Source: an uncultured bacterium (GTDB lineage: Bacteria; Gemmatimonadota; Gemmatimonadetes; Gemmatimonadales; Gemmatimonadaceae). From it: a DNA stretch of 64,000 nt. The translations under genes and the position numbers were made by a program. The notes below the pieces were generated by a model that worked only from the letters and a program-made list of their open reading frames with translations, did no database searches and had not been told where the DNA came from. The DNA lies in assembly GCA_963978095.1 (NCBI GenBank), contig CAXBQP010000002.1, forward strand, positions 64,001-128,000. The letters are read 5' to 3'. This document shows, piece by piece, positions 32,527 to 44,459 of this stretch (position 1 is the first letter of the stretch; every line of letters starts with the position of its first letter).

Positions 32527-33605
32527 TGGTCACGCGCACCACGCCCCGTGGATTCGCGCTGCCCGTAGTGATCCTGGTGCTCTTCATCCTGACGAGCGCG
32601 ATCGCCACAGGGGTGATGTTGATGCGCACCGAGCGTCGGCTCAACGACAACGGGGACGAGCTGCTGCGCGCCCGCCTGCTCGCCGAGTCGGGTTTGCAGC
32701 GTGCCGTCGGCGACCGCGCGGCCCTGGGACTGGCGGCGGTGCCGACGGCGAATGACAGCGTGCGCGTGACCGTCAGCGACGGGTACTATGACGTCACGTC
32801 GACGATCCTTCGGCCCGCGGCGTCCCCGGTCCCCGCGCTGATCCTCTTGCGCTCCCACGCGGTCATCTCGCGCGCCAAGGTTGCGGGACAACCGGCGGCG
32901 AACTTCACCGTGTCCCTCGTGGCACGGGGACCGTCGGCTGGCAGTGTGACCTGGAGCATCCAAGGCGCATGGACCGCGGCCAACGGGGTGAACATCGACG
33001 GGAATGCCGGCTCGGTCAGTGGGACGGACAGCTGCGCGAAGTCGGCCGGTGGGACGGGAAGCGTGGCGGCGATCAGCGTGCCGGTGCGGGCGCTCGACAA
33101 GAACGGCTTCGAGGGAAACGCCAACAAATTGAGCGGATCGCAGAAGCTGGACACGCTGGCACTGACTTCGTCGGCGGCCGCCGACTCCATCCCCATCAAT
33201 TGGTCGAGCCTGTCCAAGGGCACGGGGATCACACCGGACTTCACGGTGAGCGCCTCTGGATCCGGCTTCCCGGCGGCCTCGTACTTCACGTCGAATCCCA
33301 CCAAGTGGCCATTGATCTTCATCAACAACTCGGGCGGCACCTTCAACTTCCCGAACTACCTGGTGCGGGGACTCGTCATCGTCGTGGGGAACGCGACGCT
33401 GACCGGAAACTCGCTCTTCCAAGGACTCATCGTGACCGGTGGGTATGTGAACACCGATGGGAGCAGTTCCATCCAAGGCTCCTTGATCACCGGGCTGGAC
33501 TACAAGCTCGGGAAGACGCCCCAGCCCAACGAACTGCGTGGTAACAAGACGACGCAGTACAACTCGTGTTACGTCAAGAATGCTCTGACACAGAAGATCT
33601 TCTGA
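32526..33605 (+). CDS. Type IV minor pilin, PilX-like, with large C-terminal beta-rich domain
   Basis: G|FALPVVILVL (no Glu5), ARLLAESGL; TGATG overlap. Confidence 0.82.
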   Translation: MVTRTTPRGFALPVVILVLFILTSAIATGVMLMRTERRLNDNGDELLRARLLAESGLQRAVGDRAALGLAAVPTANDSVRVTVSDGYYDVTSTILRPAASPVPALILLRSHAVISRAKVAGQPAANFTVSLVARGPSAGSVTWSIQGAWTAANGVNIDGNAGSVSGTDSCAKSAGGTGSVAAISVPVRALDKNGFEGNANKLSGSQKLDTLALTSSAAADSIPINWSSLSKGTGITPDFTVSASGSGFPAASYFTSNPTKWPLIFINNSGGTFNFPNYLVRGLVIVVGNATLTGNSLFQGLIVTGGYVNTDGSSSIQGSLITGLDYKLGKTPQPNELRGNKTTQYNSCYVKNALTQKIF

Positions 33606-33618
33606 GTCACGCGGTCAG

Positions 33619-33691
33619 AGCCGACGGCCGGGATCGAACCGGCGACCGCCCGATTACAAATCGGGTGCTCTACCAACTGAGCTACATCGGC
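33619..33691 (-). tRNA. tRNA-Thr(TGT)
   Basis: CCCGA-TTTGTAA-TCGGG anticodon arm; GGTTCGATCCC T-arm. Confidence 0.95.
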
Positions 33692-33735
33692 GAATCAGGG
33701 GCGGCAGACGTCCAGGCCGACCCGTTCCAGCACAC

Positions 33736-35148
33736 CTACCGCACCACCTTCCACCGCGTCCCGCCGGCGGCATCCTCGATCGCGATCCCCTTCTCCTCGA
33801 TCGCCTGGCGGATCGCGTCGGCCTGCCCAAAGTCCCGGCGACCACGCGCCTCCGCACGCTGCCGCAGCTGCTCCTCCACCCACGCCGCCAGCGCGGCGTC
33901 GTCCACGCCGCGCTCAGGCACGATATCGAGCACGGCGTTCACCCGCGCAAAGACCTCCCGGGCGCGAACCAAGGAGCCCTTGTCGATACCGCGACGGTCG
34001 AACTCGCGATTCGCCGCACTGATGAACTCGAAGAGCGCGGCCATGGCCCGCGGGGCGTTCAAATCGTCGTACAGCGCGGCGGTCGCCTCGATCATCAACG
34101 TCTCCGCCAGATGCGCCAGCTCCGGCGTGCCCGCGGACTCCCGCTCGAGACGGTCGGAAAAATCACCCACGCGCCGCACCGCTTCCTGACTCGCCTCGAG
34201 CGCCTCGCCCGAGAGATTCAACTGCTTGCGATAGTGCGTGCTGAACACGAAATGCCGCAACGCCGCCGGACTCACCTTGTTGGCGCGGAGATCCGCCACG
34301 GTCGCCACATTGCCGACACGCTTGGCCATCTTGGTGCCGTCGGTGAGCAGGAACTCCCCATGGCACCAGCAGCGCGCGAAGGGCTTGCCGGTCGCGGCCT
34401 CGCTCTGCGCGATCTCGTCCTCGTGGTGCGGGAACATCAGGTCGATGCCCCCGGCATGCAGGTCGATCGTCTCGCCCAAGATGGCCATGGCCATCGCCGA
34501 GCACTCGAGATGCCATCCCGGACGCCCGCGCCCCCACGGGGAATCCCACGCGGCCTCACACGCCTCGTCCTCGGACTTGGCCGACTTCCAGAGCGCGAAG
34601 TCCTGCGCATTCTCCTTGGCGTACTCGTCCTGCGACACGCGCGCCCCGGACTTGATCTCGCGCGTATCGAGACGCGAGAGCTTGCCGTAGGCCGGGAACT
34701 TGTCGATGGCGAAGTACACCGAGCCGTCGTCGGCCTTGTAGGCCACGCCCTTCGCCTCGAGGCGCTGGACGAGCGTGATCATCTCCGCGATGTAGTCCGT
34801 GGCGCGCGGATAATGCTCGGCGCGCTGCACGCGCAGGAACTCGCGGTCGGCATGGAAGGTCTCGACCACGGGGTCCGTGACCTGGCGGATGGTCCTCCCC
34901 TGCTCGGTGGCGCGCTTGATGATCTTGTCGTCGACGTCGGTCAGGTTCATCACCTGCTCGACGTTCCACCCGCGCAACCGGATCACCCGCCGCAGCAAAT
35001 CCTCGAAGAGGAAGGTGCGGAAGTTCCCGAGGTGCGCGGGATTGTACACGGTCGGACCGCAGGTGTAGAGACGCACGGTGTGGCCGTCCGCGGGAGCGAA
35101 CGGTTCATCCTGGCGCGTGAGCGAGTTGTACAGGCGGAGTTCCGGCAC
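33736..35148 (-). CDS. cysS: Cysteine-tRNA ligase
   Basis: YTCGPTVY..HLGN, DFALWK, GRPGWHLEC, FPHHE, KMAKR. Confidence 0.97.
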   Translation of the reverse strand: MPELRLYNSLTRQDEPFAPADGHTVRLYTCGPTVYNPAHLGNFRTFLFEDLLRRVIRLRGWNVEQVMNLTDVDDKIIKRATEQGRTIRQVTDPVVETFHADREFLRVQRAEHYPRATDYIAEMITLVQRLEAKGVAYKADDGSVYFAIDKFPAYGKLSRLDTREIKSGARVSQDEYAKENAQDFALWKSAKSEDEACEAAWDSPWGRGRPGWHLECSAMAMAILGETIDLHAGGIDLMFPHHEDEIAQSEAATGKPFARCWCHGEFLLTDGTKMAKRVGNVATVADLRANKVSPAALRHFVFSTHYRKQLNLSGEALEASQEAVRRVGDFSDRLERESAGTPELAHLAETLMIEATAALYDDLNAPRAMAALFEFISAANREFDRRGIDKGSLVRAREVFARVNAVLDIVPERGVDDAALAAWVEEQLRQRAEARGRRDFGQADAIRQAIEEKGIAIEDAAGGTRWKVVR

Positions 35149-35157
35149 GCCTGAAAA

Positions 35158-36240
35158 CTAGCCCGACTGCGTATCCCCGTACACCCGCTGAATGAGAATC
35201 GTGCGGACGAGAACCATCATCACGGCGAGCAGCGGGACTGCCACGAGGAGGCCGACGGGGCCGAGCACCTGCCCCACGACCAGCACCGCCATGATGGAGA
35301 AGACCGGCGGGAGGTGGACGCCGCGCTGCATGATCAGGGGCGCGACGAGATTCCCTTCGATCAGATGCACGACCACGCCGATCAACGTCACCACGACCGC
35401 TCCGGCCATCCCCCCTTCGCCGCCGAGTACGAACAGAGCCGGCAGCACGGTGGAGACGAGCGTTCCGAAGAAGGGAACGATGGCGGCCACCCCGGCGAAG
35501 ATCCCGAAGGTGAGCCAGTACGGCACCTTGGCGAAGTAGAACAGGATCGCGGTGAGGGCGCCGAGGACCGTCATCGCAAGCAGTTGCGAGAGGACCCAGG
35601 AGCGCAGCGTCTTGCTCAGCGCGGCCAGGATATCGCGTGTCGCATCGCGATACGCGGGCGGGGTGACGGCCACGACCATCGCCTCGTACTCCTTGGGATG
35701 CAGCGCCATGTACAGTCCCATGACCCCGACCGAGACGATCTCGATGGCGCCGTGCACGAGGTCGAACACCTTGGGAAGAAGTCCGCTCGCGAACCCCTGC
35801 GCCTCGCTCAGGGCGGTCTGGATGAGCTCCGTCTGGTGCTCGGCGCCGATGTACGGGTCGAGAAAGGGATACCGCGTGACGAGCGCCGCGAGCTGCAGCT
35901 TCCAGTTGGCCGCGATCTCCGGGAAGCGCGAGACCAGCAGTCGCGTCTGCTCGACGACGGGCGGCACGAGCAGCGCCCAGAGCATCCAGGCGAGCACGGC
36001 GGAACAGCCGACCGCCGCCATGAACGCGACGCGGACCGGGAGTTTGAGCCCGGACTGGAACAGATCGCGGACGGCATCCAGATAGACGGCGAGGAGTACG
36101 GCGAGGAAGAAGAGCAGCAGGATCGACGCGACGCTCTGCGCGAGCACCACCAGGGTCGCAACGATGATGACCCCCGCCAGCCCCGGGGCCAGCTGCACCA
36201 GCCGGGACTCGGCGGGTGCGCCGCTTCCGCGCGCCATCAC
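35158..36240 (-). CDS. AI-2E (PerM/UPF0118)-family membrane protein
   Basis: IVPFFG, LIEGNLVAPLI, GPVGLLVAVPL. Confidence 0.88.
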   Translation of the reverse strand: MMARGSGAPAESRLVQLAPGLAGVIIVATLVVLAQSVASILLLFFLAVLLAVYLDAVRDLFQSGLKLPVRVAFMAAVGCSAVLAWMLWALLVPPVVEQTRLLVSRFPEIAANWKLQLAALVTRYPFLDPYIGAEHQTELIQTALSEAQGFASGLLPKVFDLVHGAIEIVSVGVMGLYMALHPKEYEAMVVAVTPPAYRDATRDILAALSKTLRSWVLSQLLAMTVLGALTAILFYFAKVPYWLTFGIFAGVAAIVPFFGTLVSTVLPALFVLGGEGGMAGAVVVTLIGVVVHLIEGNLVAPLIMQRGVHLPPVFSIMAVLVVGQVLGPVGLLVAVPLLAVMMVLVRTILIQRVYGDTQSG

Positions 36241-36242
36241 CG

Positions 36243-37001
36243 CTACTGCTTGTCCCGGATCTCGGCCTGCACGATTTCCTCACCCGCGCCGAGTCGGCGG
36301 GGTGCCGAGGCCGTGCCCGGCAAGAGACCCATCTTCTGCTTGAGGGCCAGGAGCTTGTCTTCGGCGCTGGCCGAACCCGCGGCCTTCTCGAGCTGCTTGA
36401 AATCGCTGGCCAAGCGATCGCCCGAGAACTCCTCGTTGATCTCGGCGCTCGCCTTGATCATGCGCTCGTTGGTGTCGATTTTCGCTTCCATGCGGGCGAA
36501 GGCGTCGAAGGCGCTGTTCTCGCTCATCCCCGACATGGTCTCGGCGATCTGTTGCTGGGCTTGCGCCCGCCGCTGGCGAGCCAGCAGGAGGTTCTTCTTG
36601 CGCTTGGCTTCTTCGATCTTGTCGTTGAGGTCGCGCAGGGAGTTCTTGAGCTTCTCCGTTTCCGCCTGCTGCGCGGCCCAGGTGGCGTGGAGCTGCTCGC
36701 CGTGGCTCTGGTGCTCGCCCTGGCGGACGAGCGCCTGCCGCGCGAGATCCTCGCGATTCTCCTTGAGGGCGAGCATCGCCTTGCTCTCCCAATCGGCGGC
36801 GGCCTTGAACTCGGCCTCGGCCTGGTCCTTCAACTTCTTCTCGTCGGCGATGGCGGAGGCCACCTGCTGCTTGGCCTTCGTCAACTGATTGCGCATGTCC
36901 ACGAGGATCTGGTCCAGCATCTTCTCCGGATCCTCGGCCTTCGAGATCAGGTCATTGATGTTGGACTTGAACAACGTCGCGATGCGGTCGAAAATACCCA
37001 T
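36243..37001 (-). CDS. pspA: PspA/IM30-family protein
   Basis: MGIFDRI...NDLISKAEDPEKML, EDLARQAL, AFARMEAKI. Confidence 0.93.
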   Translation of the reverse strand: MGIFDRIATLFKSNINDLISKAEDPEKMLDQILVDMRNQLTKAKQQVASAIADEKKLKDQAEAEFKAAADWESKAMLALKENREDLARQALVRQGEHQSHGEQLHATWAAQQAETEKLKNSLRDLNDKIEEAKRKKNLLLARQRRAQAQQQIAETMSGMSENSAFDAFARMEAKIDTNERMIKASAEINEEFSGDRLASDFKQLEKAAGSASAEDKLLALKQKMGLLPGTASAPRRLGAGEEIVQAEIRDKQ

Positions 37002-37003
37002 CG

Positions 37004-37408
37004 TCAGCGAGCCTCTCGGTACGACGCGAGCTCGCGAATGTGCGACGCCAGCGCCAGGGTGATGCTTTCGTAGGCGGCGAGGAACTCCTCGAAGTCGAGA
37101 TGGCTCAACTCGAGGGCCTCGGTGAGGACCACGGTGTTCTGCTGGATGCCGTAGGAGCCGTGGAGCAGATCCGTGGCATTGAGTTCGAGCAGACGACGCG
37201 CGAGGGCGTTGAGTTGCGTGGCGTCAGCCGGAAGCTCCATGACGTTGACGCGGAGCACGACGACCGGCGGCGATCGATGGACGACCACGCCGAAGTCGAG
37301 TTCGCCCGCCGGCTTGATGTTCCAGATGCCCGGGCCGATTTCGGTGTGCGTGGCGCCGTCGGCCGCGAGTCGGTCGAGGAAGTGCTCGATGTCTTCTTGC
37401 GTGACCAT
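37004..37408 (-). CDS. CesT/YbjN-like (type III chaperone fold) protein
   Basis: Acidic 134 aa; RRLLELNA...HGSYGI...LDFEEF. Confidence 0.7.
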   Translation of the reverse strand: MVTQEDIEHFLDRLAADGATHTEIGPGIWNIKPAGELDFGVVVHRSPPVVVLRVNVMELPADATQLNALARRLLELNATDLLHGSYGIQQNTVVLTEALELSHLDFEEFLAAYESITLALASHIRELASYREAR

Positions 37409-37532
37409 GGGTGTGCTCCGTTGGATGCAGGCCTCCCTACGGAGACCTGCCCCAGTGAAGTTTCACCACGACACGCGGATTGCGCCAGAGAGGGGCCGCC
37501 CGGCGGCGCTTCAGGGGGCGCGGTGGCGAGGC

Positions 37533-38906
37533 TCAGCGCGTCCAGATCAGCACGACGCCGCACCCGTTGGCCGGGTCGTACTGGGTCGGGATGGAGCCGA
37601 AGCCCTTGTAGATCTCGACGGCGCGGATCTCCTCGGGGCGGAAGAAGTTGGAGAGGTCTTCGATGGCACTGGTCCCGCCGGTCGCCCCGCCGGACATGGC
37701 CCCGCCCGCCCCGGACGTTCCCCCCATCCATCGGATGCCGTCCACGAAATACGTGGGAGCGCAGTTGTTGCTTGAGGACCCTCGCATCAGCAGGTTGCGC
37801 TTGCCGTCGCGTGACATGCTGTACGTGAGGCCTGCGCGCGACAGCAGGCTGAGCATGTCGGCCGGTTGGCGGCGCTCGATCTCATCGGCGGTGATGTACT
37901 GCCCCAACCCGGTCTTCTGTCGTTCGGCGAACTCGGCGAACCGGCCGCGCGCGGTCTGTTTGCCGCTGATGGCGACCATCGGAAGTTCGACCACCGCCGT
38001 GGTGAAATCGATATCGACCCGCTTCGGGATCTCGGCCTCGAGATCGACACTCATCCGTGCCGGGCGGGCGCCGATCACGCGGGCTTCGATGAGTTGCGTA
38101 CCTGCGGGGGCATTCGGCAGGGCATAGCGCCCCTGGGCATCGGTGCGCGTCGACACGATGCCCGGCCCGACCGACACGGCCGCGTCGGCTGCGGGCTTTC
38201 CGTTGGCGGCGCGCACGATACCGCTGAGCGCGGTGCGGCCGCTGCCGTCGAGGTTGAGTACGAAGTCGCGGCGCAGGACGACGCGGTCGTTCAGAAAGAT
38301 CTCGACCGGGCCCGTGCGCGCCGAGTCGCGCGAAGCGCGCAGTTCGGTGCTGATGTCCGTCGGCACGAAGCAGAGCACGTATGCTCCGGTCGCCAGGGTC
38401 CGCGTCGTGGCCGACCGCGGGTTGCGGCGCATCGCGTTGTGCAGCTCCACCTCGACCCATTCGGTCTGGACCTGCGCCCCGGGCACCGGCAGACCGGTCG
38501 TGGCGTCCCGGACGGTGCCGAGCACGAGGCCGGTTTCGGGCTCGGCGTTCGGACAGACGCGACGCACCAAGTCGCTCGGACTCGGCGTGGACAGCCGGAG
38601 GAGGGGTGCCGAGGTATCGGCGACGACGAACTGTTGCGTCGGGGCCGCGATCGAGAGGGAATCGAGGACCGGATGCAGGAAGGTCACGGACCAGGTCCCG
38701 GCGGGAATCCGTTGCGCGAAGGTGAAATGCCCGCTGGCGTCGGTGGTGGTGAAGAGGTTGAGCTCGGTGATGACGACGCTCGCGTCCACGAGCGCCGCCT
38801 TGGTGCGCAGGGAGTCGTAGACGTAGCCGCTGACCACCGCTTGCGCCGTTCCCCGCTGAGCGACGGCACAGAGCAGTGCGGCGTACAGGAGGCGAAATCG
38901 GCGCAT
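37533..38906 (-). CDS. Secreted protein: three carboxypeptidase-regulatory-like domains plus a TonB-receptor plug, no barrel
   Basis: Signal peptide; three GxVxD..TDxxGxY/F repeats; YITADEIE, YFVDG, IRAVEIYKG, GVVLIWTR-stop. Confidence 0.78.
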   Translation of the reverse strand: MRRFRLLYAALLCAVAQRGTAQAVVSGYVYDSLRTKAALVDASVVITELNLFTTTDASGHFTFAQRIPAGTWSVTFLHPVLDSLSIAAPTQQFVVADTSAPLLRLSTPSPSDLVRRVCPNAEPETGLVLGTVRDATTGLPVPGAQVQTEWVEVELHNAMRRNPRSATTRTLATGAYVLCFVPTDISTELRASRDSARTGPVEIFLNDRVVLRRDFVLNLDGSGRTALSGIVRAANGKPAADAAVSVGPGIVSTRTDAQGRYALPNAPAGTQLIEARVIGARPARMSVDLEAEIPKRVDIDFTTAVVELPMVAISGKQTARGRFAEFAERQKTGLGQYITADEIERRQPADMLSLLSRAGLTYSMSRDGKRNLLMRGSSSNNCAPTYFVDGIRWMGGTSGAGGAMSGGATGGTSAIEDLSNFFRPEEIRAVEIYKGFGSIPTQYDPANGCGVVLIWTR

Positions 38907-38916
38907 CGGCGATCGG

Positions 38917-39795
38917 TCAGGAGCGTTTGATCTGCACGAGGCGTTCGCGGGCGAGCCGACGTCCCGTGGGGGTCGCCGCGAGTCCACCGCCGGCGGTCTC
39001 GCGGTAGCGGACGTCCATCTCGCGTCCGATGTCGCCCATCACGTCGATCACTTCGTCGGCGGGAATCGCGAAGGTCACGCCGGCGAGCGCCATCTCGATG
39101 GCGGCCATGGCAATCGCGGCCCCGGTGGCGTTCCGGAACACACAGGGCAGCTCGACGAGCCCGCCGAGCGGGTCACAGACGAGTCCCAGCGTCCCCTGCT
39201 GCGCGAGGGCGACGGCATGTCCCACCTGACTCGGCGAACCCCCGAGCATCTCGGTGGCGGCGCCAGCCGCCATGCCGGCCGCGGCGCCGGTCTCCGCTTG
39301 GCAGCCCCCTTCGGCGCCACTGAGCGAGGCGCGCTCGGCGACGACGGCACCGATCAGTCCCGCCGTTGCGAGCGCGCTGACGAGTGCCGCCTCACCGATG
39401 CCGCGCGCGGCGGCGATCCCCGTGAGCACGGCGGGGAGAACGCCAGCCCCACCCGCGGTGGGGGCGGCGACGATCACTCCCATGGCGGCGTTGACTTCCT
39501 GAACCGCAAGTGCGCGGGCGAGGACATCGCGAAAGAGCGTGTTGGCGAGCGGGCCGTTGCCACTGGCCATGAGCTTGGCCGCGTCGCCCCCGACGAGTCC
39601 GCTGGCACTCGTGAGATCGCCAACGACCCCCTGCTCCACCGCGCCGCGCATGACGATGAGGGCGCGGTGCAGCGCGTCACGGATCTCGGCGATCGGGCGC
39701 GCCTGATCGGCGGCCTCGGCTTCGAGGGCGACCTCGCTCAGGGACTTGCCCTGGGCCTCGGCGTCGCGGATGGCGTCGGCGAGTGCGCGATACAC
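38917..39795 (-). CDS. sdaAA: L-serine dehydratase, Fe-S type, alpha subunit
   Basis: AAPTAGGAG, GAEGGCQAE, GLVCDP, PCVFRN, YRETAGGGLA. Confidence 0.95.
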   Translation of the reverse strand: MYRALADAIRDAEAQGKSLSEVALEAEAADQARPIAEIRDALHRALIVMRGAVEQGVVGDLTSASGLVGGDAAKLMASGNGPLANTLFRDVLARALAVQEVNAAMGVIVAAPTAGGAGVLPAVLTGIAAARGIGEAALVSALATAGLIGAVVAERASLSGAEGGCQAETGAAAGMAAGAATEMLGGSPSQVGHAVALAQQGTLGLVCDPLGGLVELPCVFRNATGAAIAMAAIEMALAGVTFAIPADEVIDVMGDIGREMDVRYRETAGGGLAATPTGRRLARERLVQIKRS

Positions 39796-40462
39796 TAGGC
39801 GCTGACCTTGTCGAGGCGGTGGGTCCAGCGGACCCAGGGGAGCGCACGCAGATCGTCGCGGACCTGTTCCCCCGGTTCTTCGTCGACCTCGATCACCATG
39901 AACGCATCGCCGCCGCGCTGCTGACGGGTGAGCCGCAGGGTGGCGATGTTGACCCCGTCCTCGGCGAGCAACGTCGCGATGCGGGCAATCGAGCCTTTGA
40001 TGTCCTCGGCCACGAGCACGATCGTGTGATGGCTTCCGCTGACTTCGACGGGATATCCGTCGATCTCGGTGATGCGGATGCGCCCCGCGCCGATCGACTC
40101 GCCGATGAGCGAGTGATGGCGGTGGGCGCGGTCGAGGGTGATGCGCACGGTGTTGGGGTGCGCGTCGTCGCGGATGGTGGTCTTTTCGAAGCTGAAGTCG
40201 AGGCCTTCCTTCTCGGCGATCTCCAGCGCCTGCCGGATGCGGTCGTCGTCGGGACGGAAGCCGAGCAGCCCGCCGATGATCGCCTTGTCGGTGCCGTGCC
40301 CTTCACCGGTGCGGGCGAAGGAGCCGTGGAGCTCGATGCGGGCGCGTTCGAAGGTGCCGCCCACCAGTCCACGCGCGAGGAGCCCGATGCGGCAGGCACC
40401 GGCCGTGTGGCTGCTGCTGGGCCCGACCATGACGGGGCCGATGATGTCGAGCAGTGAGACCA

Positions 40463-40463
<1 letters not shown>
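39795..40463 (-). CDS. sdaAB: L-serine dehydratase beta subunit with ACT domain
   Basis: GPVMVGPSSSHTAGA, GHGTD, HPNT. Confidence 0.95.
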
Positions 40464-43288
<2,825 letters not shown>

Positions 43289-43453
43289 AGCCTGATAAAA
43301 CTGGGGACGGCACCTCACCGGGACAAGCGCGGGAACACCAGAAGTTTCTGATGGCGCGTCGTTCGTCGCCCCTCGGCATTGCGCCGGGTGGGCACGTAGA
43401 TTGGAGGGAGGCTCCGCACCGGTTCCGCGCCCTCCCCCCATTTCATCCCCTCG

Positions 43454-44443
43454 TTGTCGTATCCCTCCGGCGTGCATTCTTCCGATTCCGAGCAGCTGCC
43501 TCTTGGAGTGTTCGACCTCGCACCGGCGGGAGTAGACCGTTCGCTCGTCGGCACCCTGCTCGCGGACGCGCCCCCACGCGAACCTCCGGTGTGTGGGGAG
43601 TGGTCGTTCGATGTCAGCGACGATTTTGATGCGCGTGCTGCGGCGTTGCTCGCCGGCACGGCTCCAGCGCCCTCATTGACACCCGAGTTGCGCGCGGCAC
43701 CACCCGCGCCTCCCGCGCCGATGCCGGCCAGCGCGCCCGTGGCGCCAGCGGCGCCGGCCATTCCGCCCAAGCCCGCCGCGCTGCGTCCGGCGTCGGAGGG
43801 ACGCCCGCCGGGCTACGGCTCTGGGGAGTTTCAGCTCGGCAATCCGCGCGCGGGTGACGCGAAGCCCGTGGCGGCGACTCCCCTTCCGGCACTCGCCGAG
43901 TTGCGAAGCGTCCACGAGGCGCAGCCCAGCGAGGCGGCCGTGGCCATCGCGCTTGCCACGGCGCTGGATCAGCGGGGGAACATCGAGGGAGCGCTGAGTG
44001 TGCTGCTCCGCTCCATCGAGGCGGGCGCCGACGGCGTCGCCCTGCGGTGTGCCCGGGCCACCATCCTCGCGGGCCGGCTTCGCTTCGACGATGCCGAGGC
44101 GGAGCTGCAACGCGCCGCGAAGCTCCGCGCGGACGACACGGACGTGCTCTTGCTGCAGGGTATTCTTGCCTGTCGCCGCGCCAAATGGCGCGAGGCGATC
44201 GAGCCGCTGACGCGTGTGGTGAAGATCGATCCGTCGTCGGCGTCGGCGCATTTCTACCTCGGCGAGGCGCTGAGCCGATTCGATCGCTGGCCGGAGGCGT
44301 TGGCGGCGTACGAGCGCGCGACGGAGCTCGAGTCCACGAACTGGCGCGCGTGGAAGGGCGCTGGCATGGTCCTGGACCGGCTTGGACGCTCGGCGGACGC
44401 CGCCACGTTCTATCGCCGCGCTCGCGACGTCCAGCGCGGCTGA
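43454..44443 (+). CDS. TPR protein with Pro/Ala-rich N-terminal region (start uncertain)
   Basis: [23 protein letters not shown] TPR repeats. Confidence 0.75.
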   Translation: MSYPSGVHSSDSEQLPLGVFDLAPAGVDRSLVGTLLADAPPREPPVCGEWSFDVSDDFDARAAALLAGTAPAPSLTPELRAAPPAPPAPMPASAPVAPAAPAIPPKPAALRPASEGRPPGYGSGEFQLGNPRAGDAKPVAATPLPALAELRSVHEAQPSEAAVAIALATALDQRGNIEGALSVLLRSIEAGADGVALRCARATILAGRLRFDDAEAELQRAAKLRADDTDVLLLQGILACRRAKWREAIEPLTRVVKIDPSSASAHFYLGEALSRFDRWPEALAAYERATELESTNWRAWKGAGMVLDRLGRSADAATFYRRARDVQRG

Positions 44444-44459
44444 CCGGGAGCGTCGGCGC

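Noticed and set aside
34315..34335. CysRS KMAKR instead of KMSKS
   Set aside because: Both lysines are retained; likely tolerated variation
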